Positions 21,448 to 38,049 of a stretch of DNA of 64,000 nt are shown one piece after another. Origin of the DNA: the human T2T-CHM13v2.0 reference genome, Homo sapiens. Both the position numbers and the translations under genes were made by a program. Numbering within the stretch: the stretch's first letter is position 1; every line of letters begins with the position of its first letter. The notes under the pieces were generated by a model that saw only the letters and a program-made list of their open reading frames with translations, was not told where the DNA came from and did no database searches. The stretch lies in NCBI RefSeq assembly GCF_009914755.1, contig NC_060929.1; one strand, written 5' to 3'.

Positions 21448-21743
21448 GTAAGAAAAAACTTTGGTATGAAGGGTCATCAACATAAAGGCACAGTATTAAG
21501 CAATATAGTTTCTGTATGTATAGTTATCTTTTTGCCAGGAATTAAAAAAATAGCTCAAATGGATTTGTAACCTGAAGTAGCTGCTGATAGCTAATATTGA
21601 AATGTTTTCTGTAATTCATATTATAGTAACTTCTATATTTTGATTTAGGAAAAAAGAAAAAACAAGGACTGCACTAGAGCTAAATGGAGAGCAGATTTGG
21701 GAGGAAAGTCAAGAGCTATGATTTGAAACTTTCAGACTTTCAG

Positions 21744-21778
21744 ATAAACAGAGTGGGACAGGATCCCACTCTGTTTAT
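21744..21778. repeat. Perfect 15-bp inverted repeat (hairpin, 5-nt loop)
   Basis: ATAAACAGAGTGGGA (21744-21758), loop CAGGA, TCCCACTCTGTTTAT (21764-21778). Confidence 0.95.
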
Positions 21779-21790
21779 GATCATTTTCAG

Positions 21791-21956
21791 GTGCTGGTCA
21801 AACCTTTAAATCTTCAGGATCAGTGTTAGCAAAATCTGGTAATGAAGGTCTTGAAACTGGTCCTTAACTGCCTTAACTTTGACTTCATTGGCAGTTCAAT
21901 AGGTGATTCTACAAATGATCTTTGCACAGTGCAGATTTCAACAGCTTGGAGATCAA
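21791..21956 (+). pseudogene. Degenerate tandem duplicate of RANBP17 exon 7 (pseudo-exon)
   Basis: 166 nt, 16 substitutions and no indels versus 21282-21447 by manual alignment; ttttcag|GTG and A|gtaaga retained; in-frame TAG at 21827-21829; similarity continues to about 21988. Confidence 0.95.
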
Positions 21957-22439
21957 GTAAGAAAAAAGTTCAGTATGAAGGGTCATCATGAGAAAGAAAA
22001 AAGTTTAATATGAAGAGTTGGCAAGAGATGTCAACATATCTTTCAGGGTTATAAAGAGAATGAATTAGATTAAGTGACCTAGAAGAGGAGAGTTGCAACT
22101 TGCTTATAGAAAGGGATACCAAGAAAAAGGAAGCTAATTTGTTCTCCCATGTTCCAGAAAAATGGTGGCACCTAAGGTACCTCTGAACTCAGAATTGGGA
22201 AATGGGGCTGACGGGGTTTGATAAAAAGTCTGTACTCTGAACAGTTAAACTCTCCAGGATCTTCTCTACCACCTGTGCAGCTAGGTGACTGCCTTTTCCT
22301 CCCTTTTCTCTACCTGTGCTACTTCTTTACTTTCCAAGACCAGAGTTTTTTTCCTCAAGAAATAAAATTGGAGAGGCCTCATATTCATGGATACCAGATA
22401 TAATAGAGGAACAGTATTAATTTTGTGAAAAACTTCTAA

Positions 22440-23620
22440 TATGGAGATCAGAGACTACAACAACAAAGGGGGACTTTGTGTTCTGTATCTTGACTGTGGT
22501 GATGGAAACATGAACCAATACATGTAATAAAAAATTTCACAGACTGAAAACACACATCTACACACACATGAGTACATGTAAAACTGGGAAATCTGAATAA
22601 GATTGTGGATTTTATCAATGTGAGTTTCCTCGTTGAGATATTATACTGTAGTTTTGCAAGAAATTACCATTGTAGGAAAATGGGTAGGAGTTCACGGGGT
22701 CTTTCTGTATTATTTTTTGCAACTGCATGTGAATCTACAATTATCTCAGAAAGTTTAATTTTAAAATGGAGGGTAGTTAATAGCAACAGAGACAAGGTGA
22801 AAGTAGAAATAAACTTCAGAAAGATATAAAGAATATGCCCAGAGAGATGTTGAGATAATGCATCCCTGAAACAAGGACAGGATATTGTTCAGAGAATGTT
22901 CCAAATTTACAGGACAGTTGTCAAAATAAAACATCCAGTGGAAAAGTTGTAAGACAAAGTTAACCCAATCTCCTAGAATGTAGAACAAAAAAGCAAGGAG
23001 ATGTTTGATAGGAGGAAAAAAAAACCAAGAAAACTAGAAGATGAAATTAAGGAGGTGTGACGGTTAGGAGTTCTAGAAAGAGAGGATGGAGAAAGAAGGA
23101 AATTTGCAAACAGATAGTACCCCAAAATGTTCTGAGTTCTGAAGGGTATGCATTTTTGGATTGAAAGATCCCACCAAGTTCCCAGCATAATGAATGAAAA
23201 AAGATATTCACTAAGCTTTATAATCATGACATTTTAGAATAGTAAGGATAAAGAAAAAAATTCTAAAACTTACCAGAAAGAAAAAAGTAAGTCTCCTCCT
23301 ACAGAGGATTGGGGTCAAGAAGGTATTAGACTTCTCAACAGCAGCACTGAAAGCTAGAAAACAATAGAGAAGTATCTTCAGGCTTCTGAGGGAAAATTGT
23401 TTCCAAACTAGACCAAACTTATCAAATCTAAGATAGAATAAAGACATTTTCAGATATGCGAGTCCTTCCAAAATTTATCCCTTATGTACTTGCTCTAAGG
23501 AAGCTACTTGATGTACAAGCAAAGAAAGTGGAAGATAATGGAATTTGGGAAATGGGCACTTCAACACAAGATGACAGTGAAAGACATAGAAAGGCTACAG
23601 TTGTATAACAAAGTTAAGGA
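22440..23620 (+). mobile_element. Old L1M fragments (3'UTR piece and ORF1-like region)
   Basis: catgtaaaactgggaaatctgaataag...gtgaatctacaattatctcag (3' end) and cttctcaacagcagcactgaaagctagaaaacaat (ORF1-like); boundaries approximate. Confidence 0.55.
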
Positions 23621-24479
23621 GCAACCAGTTCAAGTTGAAGGCTCTGGGAGGTAGGGGTGGGTGAATGCAAATGATGGGTTATTTGATGCTATTGATGGTG
23701 TGGAACATGTTATGAAGAACATTGTGCCAGTCTCTCAGAGCATTTGGAGAGAATTAGTGACAGATACACAACTAAGCACAGAAAAGATGGTATGATTAAG
23801 TCCAGCGAGTATTAGAAATGTGATGTAATTACAGCTCAGCCGTTAATATTATTTACATAGTCATAATAAATGTAAACACATAGAATTGATTTAATCACAA
23901 ATTGTGATAATAGTGGATGGGTTTTTGAGAGGATTGATTGTGGAGAGAGTGGTAGGGGTGGTAGGGTTGTGGCATTCGTGATTAGACAGCTAAAGCGTTA
24001 CACACTGTAATAGGAATGCAGTTGATGTCTAAAGTAAAACAATCAAATGAAGAAATAGTATACGCTATTATTTGGAAACATGAATGTAACTATAGCTAAG
24101 TTGAAAAGCAGTTGGAATGGGATAGGGTACAGTTTTTTTTTTATTGTAAGCTTTTTAGTACTGTTTACTTTTTGATACTGTTTGAATTCTCAATGTTTAT
24201 ATTACTTGAATACAAATGAAAATAGTAAGAAGATTCTCCCAGTTCAAACTGTAGTGCTACATAGAGGAAGTGCTACATGAGGAAGAGCCTGGCTAGTTAA
24301 TTTCTCTCTGTATTATTTCATCTTTCAAAGGAAAATAGCTAGGAATTAAAAATAGGCCTAACTGGAAGGAATGGCCACATGCAGAGGCCTTGGATTTCTC
24401 AGTTTGTGTGATATTGTCTTACTTTGTTAAGATCACTGAATTGAAAGTAATGGTGTTAGAAAATAATTTTTTTTCCCAG

Positions 24480-24553
24480 TTTTCCTGGAACCAGAAACAT
24501 TGGATCTTTTCTTCAATTTGTATCATTCACTTCCACCACTACTATCTCAGTTA
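24480..24553 (+). CDS. RANBP17: RANBP17 coding exon (inferred exon 8, 74 nt)
   Basis: ttttcccag|TT...CAGTTA|gtaagt; (I)FLEPETLDLFFNLYHSLPPLLSQL; phase 1-0. Confidence 0.93.
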
Positions 24554-26374
24554 GTAAGTAAAAGTCATTCGTTATTTCGTTAAAAAATACCTGTGTAAAT
24601 AAGGGGTGGTATATATTTACTTCAAAAATTCTGTTTATATATTCAATTGAGTTTACTTTTCACAGTAAGTTCTTATATTTTCTGGGATGTATACTGCTTA
24701 AACTATTTGTCAAATTTTGTTTGTTTTGTCAACGTTACATTTTATTTCATGGGTGAGCCTAGAACCAGTAACTGTTGATTTAGCTCTTGCCCAGAGCCAG
24801 GACAACCTACCAATCCCTAAATACATATTTTTTTCCTACTCAGTTCCCATAGGGCCTAAGTCCAGCAGCTGACCACCACACAAGGACTTTCCCTTCTACT
24901 ACCCTTCTCTAACTCTTCCTCAACCTTGCCTGGCTCCATGTCTTAGGTTTGACAGGCTGTCCCCTTCAGATCTCTGAATAAGAAATGAAGGGGATCTACT
25001 CACTTGAATTGTGTTCATCAAGCCAGTTATTTATTTATTTTTTGAATCAGTGTAAATTCTATTGCATGCTTAAAAAGTTCTTGATACTCTGTAGTTGTAT
25101 ACAACTTTGAGACTCTTAGCTCCATCTTTGCGGAGCCTAAAACAAATCTGTCAAGGTTATTAAAAATTGTAAGTTTAAGTTTAAACTTGTAAAGCTGGGG
25201 AGTTCTAATATTGCCATTTTCTGAAAAACATATTGCATATTTAAAGTATATATCAGTGATGTGTTTGTTTAGGTATCTTATTGCCTAAAAGGGAGGAAAG
25301 CATTCACAGAAATGTCCTTTTTAAAAAAACATGTCTTCTCTTGAATCTAGAGTTTAAGGTAGTGCTTTTTAAACTGGGTTTCTCAGGGTACCTCATGTTT
25401 CCAGTTGGGGCCACAGCCTTCTGTCTTTTAGTCGCAACAGTCTTGCTTTTAGTTGTGTAAAAACCATGGTTTCATGTAATTATGTTTTGGGATAAAACAA
25501 AAAAGGTACTAGTGCTTAAAAAATAAAGTAGAAAACAACTGCTTTGAGAGATAGTAATGAACATTTATTGGACATGTCCTATTTATTGTATGATACTTAT
25601 CTCACTTAATCCTCAAAGTGGCCCTGAAAGGTAAATGATAAAAATCCCTACTATGTAGACCCAGAAAAACAGAAAACAGACCCAGATTGACTAAGTGACT
25701 TCCCCCAGGGCAACAAAGAAAATATTGGCATTGAGATTGAAACACAGGTCTTTTTTGCCCCCAACCCCAGGTGTTTTTAGTACGCTAGTGGTTCCTATAC
25801 TTGTACTTCTGAGTTTCCTAAGGAGTTTTTTGTTTTTGTTTTTGTTTTTAATTTGGGTTTTAGGTTCTCATGGTAGGGGCTGTGGCAAACTGGAGCACAT
25901 CTAAAAAGGGCGTCATTTGATTTTTGTCTCTTTTCTCACCGTAAAGTACCTACCTTTTCCAGCACCATTTTCAGACCATTTTTTAAGATGCTAATAGATG
26001 GTGTAAAATATTCCTTGACCAATTAAATTTGGAATATGCTGGATTACATTACAGGTTCCCCCTGCCCCCCCCAACAGGATACCACGGTACATAATGTGCA
26101 CTATTTCCCAAACATACTGTACCACAAAACCATATTTTCTTTTTGGTAGAAAACCTGATTCATTAGAAAATGGAACTAGATATCATAAGCAATTGAGAGC
26201 CTATTAAATGTATAGCATGTACAGGCCTTGAACTGGCTGATTTTGTTAATGAAAAAACATTAGAGGGGAATACATACAAATAGGAATTTTTATGATGGGG
26301 TAGAAGGATTGTGGGTGGTGGGAGTGGTTGATGATATTTAGCTTTTATTAATTTTATGTTCTATAATGCTTTTT

Positions 26375-26698
26375 ATATTGCATTATAATGCATTATATTC
26401 TATATTGCATTATCATGCGTTATATTCTATATTGCATTATCATGCGTTATATTCTATATTGCATTATAATGCGTTATATTCTATATTGCATTATAATGCG
26501 TTATATTCTATATTGCATTATAATGCGTTATATTCTATATTGCATTATAATGCGTTATATTCTATATTGCATTATAATGCGTTATATTCTATATTGCATT
26601 ATAATGCGTTATATTCTATATTGCATTATAATGCGTTATATTCTATATTGCATTATAATGCGTTATATTCTATATTGCATTATAATGCGTTATATTCT
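26375..26698. repeat. 27-bp minisatellite, 12 copies
   Basis: Unit ATATTGCATTATAATGCGTTATATTCT; copies 2-3 carry ATCATG, copy 1 has GCA for GCG. Confidence 0.95.
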
Positions 26699-26804
26699 AT
26701 AATGCATTAAAATTAAATTCATTTTAAATGTAAAGACTAGTATTCCTTACATGTGGCCACAGATACTTTGAAAATTGAAATGAAATTTTTTTGGTATTTT
26801 TTAG

Positions 26805-26924
26805 GCACTTTCATGTTTAGTTCAGTTTGCTTCGACAAGAAGGTCCTTATTTAACAGTCCTGAACGTGCCAAGTACCTTGGTAATTTAATTAAGGGAGTA
26901 AAAAGGATACTTGAAAACCCTCAG
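26805..26924 (+). CDS. RANBP17: RANBP17 coding exon (inferred exon 9, 120 nt)
   Basis: ttttttag|GCA...CCTCAG|gtattt; [40 protein letters not shown]. Confidence 0.95.
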
Positions 26925-27002
26925 GTATTTATGAAGTAATTTAATACTTAGCATATAGAGATACAGTTTTTCAGCTAAAGGCACATAATAAACTCATCAT
27001 GA

Positions 27003-27383
<381 letters not shown>

Positions 27384-28743
27384 TAGTTTTTAAAAATGGA
27401 TGTTTCCATGGCTGACTTCTGTGTTTCTCTTATTTTTTTCTTTTAGGCAAATATGACTAGAGATTATCTATCTTACTATGCTTCTGTCTTTTACCATTGT
27501 ATTACATTTCTTTGCTTGCTCTTAAACTACTGAAGTGATTAATTCAGTATGTCCACCTTATGAACTAGAAGACATAATATAAATCTGAATGTTAATATTG
27601 GAGCAAGTGGCCTTAAATTATGAAATTATGTTTTCTTGCCCTCTTGTGGACAAGTAAGAGTTTGTAGATTTTAAAATTTTTTCTGCATTAACTTTAGAGC
27701 TTCATTGCCAATATTCATTTCAGAGAATTGCAAAGCTGCTATTGAGTAATTTGGGTGCTTACATAAAATATTTTGTTTTACTTTTTATTTTGATTTTGGT
27801 TTAAAATATCTGTAAAATACAGATTTTTAAAGGTTAAATGATTTAAGGAGGTTTACCTAATTCTCTTGGTTATTAATAAATTTTGGGGGGTGACATATAT
27901 CTTCAGTAAGAATGTTCTACAAAAAGCAATTGTTTTTGCATATTCTCAGAAGTGTTTTATGGGTTATGCATTTATTTTATCTTTTCAATGTTAGTATAGT
28001 TGTGAAATTTTCTGTTTTGCTGATAAAGAGGATTTTACCAATATACTTTAAAATGTTTAGTTGTTTAACTCACTATCATCAACCAATAGGTGGAAGATAA
28101 TATGCCGATTCCTGATAATTTCTCTTAAATGATTTTCCAACATCCTTACGTTAATGTTTCATGGCTGTAAAAGTTGGTATGAATATTAGATTGTTTTAGA
28201 ATCACAAACATGTTTTAAAGATGTATGATTACAAAATTTTTTTGGTTATTTTTCTTTAATAGGTACTATTTTCTATATATTTCATGGAGCTCCTATGAAT
28301 GAAATTGCTTAGAGACTTTCAGTTTTACAAAGATACTTTTTGAATTCTGTTTCATCCCAGCTACAGTGCATACTAAAACTGTTTTCAAGGAGCTTACAGA
28401 CAACTGGGCAGACCTTTTTTGTTACTTCCTTTTAATCTATACTCCTCCAAAATTTACCTGGGTGAATTTTGTTTTTGCTCAACTTTAGTTATTTGCTCAA
28501 CTTTATTCCTTACATTGCAGTAATTTGTTTGAATGACTGTCTAGAGACATGGAGAGACACGGAGTTGCTTGAGGGTACAGTGCCTGTAGATACTCAATAA
28601 ATATTTGTTTAATTAAGAAAATTTCTGTTATTTGTGTGCTCATACATACCATTTCAGTCTGGTGAGTATTGTTCTTTCCTAGAGTTTACTTTTAATCTTA
28701 AGTATTTTCCAGGTCCTTTGTTGACTTCTGTTTAAACCACAGT

Positions 28744-28768
28744 ACACACACACACACACACACACACA
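28744..28768. repeat. (CA)n microsatellite
   Basis: About 12 AC units. Confidence 0.9.
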
Positions 28769-29052
28769 ACTTTTGTGTACTATAATAGCTTCCCCAAAAT
28801 TATAATTTAGTCATTGTGATGCAGATCTTCTTCCAAGGCCTCTACTTTGGATTCCTTGTTATTAATCATTGATGACAAAACTAGACCTAGCAAGAATCCC
28901 TCTATTTTTTTACATTGTTAACTACCCAATTGACACAGAGTATTTTAAGTACTCATGAAAATTGGGAGACTTAAGATGCTTTGGGGTTTTACTGATTTTA
29001 TTGTCCATAGGTTGGCTTGTTTTTAAGCCTTTCTTTTTGTCTCATAATTTAG

Positions 29053-29199
29053 GGTTTGTCTGATCCAGGTAATTATCATGAATTTTGTCGATTTTTGGCT
29101 CGTTTAAAGACAAATTATCAGCTGGGAGAATTAGTTATGGTGAAGGAATATCCTGAAGTTATTAGATTGATTGCTAATTTTACCATTACTAGCCTACAG
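29053..29199 (+). CDS. RANBP17: RANBP17 coding exon (inferred exon 10, 147 nt)
   Basis: aatttag|GGT...CTACAG|gtaggt; [49 protein letters not shown]. Confidence 0.95.
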
Positions 29200-29780
29200 G
29201 TAGGTAAAAATATGTAATTATGTTAAACTGTAGCCAGTTTTAAAACAGCTTCTTGGTAAGGGTTGGTGGGGGTATTTGAAAAATATCTATTAATTTGATT
29301 ACTTTGCTGGAAATGTTCATTACAGGGTTTTAGGTAAAAAAATTCATTGAAATGTATATAATAAAAATTGAGAAGCTATTTAAATATCTAATAATTGAAT
29401 AATGGCTTGAGAAACTATAATAAAATCTATGTGAAGAAATAAAATTTTTACAGATTATATTATAGAAAAGTTTTTAAAATAATTTTAAGGGAGAGATTAT
29501 AAAACCATGTTTTTCACAGGATGTCAACTCTGAAAAATATTCATGGAATGATTAGAGGGAAGTAGAGTAATATTTTAATGTTACTCTGGGTGGTAAAATA
29601 ATAGAGATGTTGGTTTCTTTATACTTTTTTGCATTTATAAATTTGCTATATTATGTGTTCATTAGTTTTATAGTAAGAATAAAAGTTAATTTAAAAATGT
29701 ATGTTTAGTAATTTTATTCTGTAATTCTTATTGTAGGAAGATGTAATATTTTAAATAACTTCTGCTTTATTTCTTTGTAG

Positions 29781-29953
29781 CACTGGGAATTTGCTCCTAA
29801 CAGTGTTCATTATTTATTAACTCTGTGGCAAAGGATGGTAGCATCTGTTCCTTTTGTGAAATCAACTGAACCCCACCTATTAGACACTTATGCACCAGAA
29901 ATCACGAAGGCCTTTATCACTTCTCGGTTGGACTCTGTTGCCATAGTTGTGAG
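29781..29953 (+). CDS. RANBP17: RANBP17 coding exon (inferred exon 11, 173 nt)
   Basis: ctttgtag|CAC...GTGAG|gtattc; [57 protein letters not shown](R); phase 0-2. Confidence 0.95.
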
Positions 29954-30009
29954 GTATTCAAAAACTAAATGTTTTTGTTGTATTTCCTTTTGACACTTGG
30001 AATTTTTTA

Positions 30010-34587
<4,578 letters not shown>

Positions 34588-34696
34588 GTCTTTTATTCCT
34601 TTATTATAGAATTTTTATTTAACATGAAGTTTATTTGTGGTGAATAAAAGTGCTTCACATTCTAATGTTGTCTGCAAACTTATTCTGTGTTTGCAG

Positions 34697-34890
34697 AGAT
34701 CACTTAGATGATCCACTGGATGATACTGCCACTGTGTTTCAGCAGTTGGAGCAGTTGTGCACGGTCAGCAGATGTGAATATGAAAAGACATGTGCTCTTC
34801 TTGTGCAGTTATTCGACCAAAATGCACAGAATTACCAAAAACTTCTGCATCCATATTCTGGTGTAACTGTGGACATCACCATTCAGGAAG
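34697..34890 (+). CDS. RANBP17: RANBP17 coding exon (inferred exon 12, 194 nt)
   Basis: gtttgcag|AGAT...GGAAG|gtcagt; [64 protein letters not shown]; phase 2-1. Confidence 0.95.
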
Positions 34891-36457
34891 GTCAGTAAAC
34901 TTTATATGACTACTGAGTATTATGTTGAATATTAAGTAACATCATTAATCACTTTAATAGTTTTACTGCAAGTTATTTTTATGTATTTTCCCCAATTCCT
35001 GGTCCCCTAATAAACCATTAATTTTATTAACCTCCTGGGTATATTGGTAATTTGTTGGTTGATTTTTTTTTTTTTCAGTTTTCCTCTATAAGATTGATAG
35101 GATATACTTCTCTCTGGAATCAATATGAAGAAAAATTGATAATGGCCCTTGAGCAGATAGTTTATGAACATAACTATCTTAACTGGTTGTGTTTTCTTCT
35201 TTGCTATACTTGATTGCAAACTCAGAACCCAATTTCAGCCAATAAAAAGTATATAATATATCATTGTGATTTTGCTTTTAGGTATTAGCCTTCGTTATGG
35301 CTTTACTATTATTTTTATTCCTCAATTTCTTTATTTTGTTTTTAACCCTTTATTGACGGAGGAGGTATTTATTTCTGTATATCCTTTTAGGTCCTTTCAG
35401 GAACATAGGGAGTAAAAATAAATGTATTTTTCCAATTTTCTTGTTAAGATGCACTACAGGAATGGAAATTTCTAGTAGAAAGCACTTTATAGTTCTGAAG
35501 TTGTTTTGCATATTTGTTTATCTTGTATTGGAAAGTGAGTTTAGTAAGAGATCATAATCAAATTTACTTCCAGTGATTTCCCATTTTAACTTAAAAAAAT
35601 TTTTAGAAGATTATCCTTTACATTTGAATAATGTTTTTTAAAAATGCGTTTTATTATCTGTCCATCTTGCGTTAAGTCACACAGTACTGATGAGGGGCTA
35701 GTGTGAGATAATCTTCTCTACTTCAGTGTTTTTTTTCTTTTATGGGATCTTATTTGTAAATTAAATGGGGACAACTAACACTTTTGCAGCATTTAGTCTC
35801 TTCATTATTGATTTATTCTTCTAGAAGAGTTTTGAAAGTTATTAAATATCAAATTCATATAAAAGGATATTTATATATATTGAGACATACAGAATAGCAG
35901 TAACCACAAACACTATTACCTTGCTTAAAGAATAGGTCGTTTGCCAATACCTTTGCAGCATCTTTGTTCCTCTTTCCAAATCTGTCCTCTTTCCTATCAA
36001 CAGAAAATACTTAACAATCTTGAATTTTGTGTTTATCAATTCATGCCTTTTCTTCATTATTACCACATGTGTATGCATTCCGAAAATAATACATGATATT
36101 GCATATTTCTCAACGTTATACAAATGGAATCATACTGCATTTATTCTTTGACAACTTTATTATCATTTCTCAGTATTTTATTTATGACAGCTCATACTGA
36201 TGCATATAGCTATAGTTCCTTCATTTTCAGTACCATGCACTGTTACGTTGTTTGAATGTACCTCAGTTTATTTGTGCATTCTCTTGTTAATAGGTATTTG
36301 TTTTCTGTTTTTTGCTAATAAAATCAGTGCTCCTTAACAATTGTTGTGATATCCATTATATATTCAGCTTTAGTAGGTACTGTTAAACTATTTTACAAAG
36401 TGTTTGTACTATTTGACATCCTACCAATAGTGTTCAGGTGTTCCCATCAATCTCTAT

Positions 36458-36638
36458 CAGGAAGTGGCAAACTTTTTCTTAAAGTGCCAAATAGTAAATG
36501 TTTCAGGTCTCCATCGCAACTACTCAAGTCTGCCTTTAGCCAGGAAGCAGCCGTAGACCATACTCGTGTCTGTGTTTCAGTAAAGTTTTATTTACAAAAA
36601 CAGGAGGCTGTCTTATAGGCTGTAGTTTGCTGACCTGG
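36458..36638. mobile_element. MER58-like hAT-Charlie DNA transposon remnant
   Basis: caggaagtggcaaactttttcttaaagtgccaaatagtaaat ... gtagtttgctgacctg termini. Confidence 0.65.
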
Positions 36639-37616
36639 ACCTAGATTCTTGCCAGCAGCTCGTATTATTATACCTGCATTTTTGATGATCTAGTTGAGAA
36701 TAATATACCTCCTAGGTATTTTACTTTTCACTCTGCTGATTAATAAGTTTAGTATTATTTCATGTTTATTGATTGTTGTATCATCATCAGTGAAATGTAT
36801 GTGCATCTCTTTTGTTCATTTCCACCTCACCACTGGATTGCTTTCTTTCACTGATTTGTAGGAGTCTTTTATGTATTTTGACATTAATCATTTAGGTTTT
36901 TGAATTGTAAATATCACTCCAAGTTTGCGACCTGTCTGCTGCATATCATTTTAGTGTGTTATTCTTATTTTCATATCAAACTTGATTTTGATTAATTCAC
37001 AAAAATTTTTTTGAAGAGGTAATGTATTTCATTGTGCAAAAATTAAAAAACTTAAAATGTGTTCTGTTCCAGTGCTATACTCTGTCCTCCCTTTCTTCAC
37101 TCTAGCAAGTAGTTATTCTTAGTTTTGCATGTCTTTCCAAAGTTTCTATATGCATATACAAAGAGTTATGAATATATAAATTCTTACCTCCCTTATTTGC
37201 ATAGAATACAGCATACCATACTCACTGCTCTACTTCTTGCTTGTTTTCATTTAGTGTTTTATAGCTATTTTCATAATATAGAGAGAACTCTTATTTTTTG
37301 TAGATACATACGTAATATTTTACTTTTTGAATATATCATAATTTAACCATTCCATCCACTGTTGACAATGATTTTAGTGATTTAGTCTTTTCCTGTTAAA
37401 AGTATTCCTGTACAGATAAACCTTGTATGTGTCATTTTATGTATATATGAATTTATAAATTTCTCCTAGTGAAATTGCCGTTGAGTGGAAGGTTAATGTA
37501 TTTGTAATTCTGCAAATGTTGCCCAGTTGTTTTCTGTAAGGACTATACCATTTACTTGTCCACTAGAAATGTATGAGATTGTTTCCATGTATCCTTCATA
37601 GGACAATATATATATA

Positions 37617-37737
37617 TTTTTATTATACTTTAAATTCTGGGATACATGTGCAGAATGTGCAGGTTTGTTACATAGGTATACACATGCCATGGTGGTTTGC
37701 TGCACCCATCAGCCTGTCATCTACATTAGGTATTTCT
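37617..37737 (-). mobile_element. Short L1PA 3' fragment
   Basis: ttattatactttaaattctgggatacatgtgcagaatg...acattaggtatttct. Confidence 0.85.
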
Positions 37738-38049
37738 TGGAATTCTTGGCAATCCTGTGTGTGAAAAATGGTTTTTCAGTATAATTTAACTTTGCATTTT
37801 TCTTATCAGTGAGGTTGTGCATTGTTTAAATTTACATAAGAGCCATTTGGCCTTTTTTTTTGTAAATGAACAATTCATTTCCTTTGCCATTTTTCTATTG
37901 GGTTGTTGGTCCTTTTTTTCTCCTTGATTTTTAAGAGCTTTTTACAGTTAGGAAAGTGAGCTCCTTGGGTGTGATCAGAGTTGCAAATATCTTTTTCCTT
38001 TTTTTCTTTGCATATGTTTTAGAGATTCAAATATGGTGAGCATATTTTG

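Noticed and set aside
21791-21956. Protein-coding mutually exclusive alternative exon in this genome
   Set aside because: In-frame TAG at 21827-21829 and mostly non-synonymous changes, including in the conserved DES.DD motif
26366-26710. ORFs with ILHYNALYS / YILYCIIMR repeats as a repeat protein, or the array as a CRISPR locus
   Set aside because: The ORFs arise from a stop-free 27-bp unit; there are no unique spacers or cas genes, and the context is a eukaryotic intron
28475-28506. Short direct repeat tttgctcaacttta x2 (similar ones near 24253 and 25659)
   Set aside because: Ordinary slippage-scale duplications with no further structure
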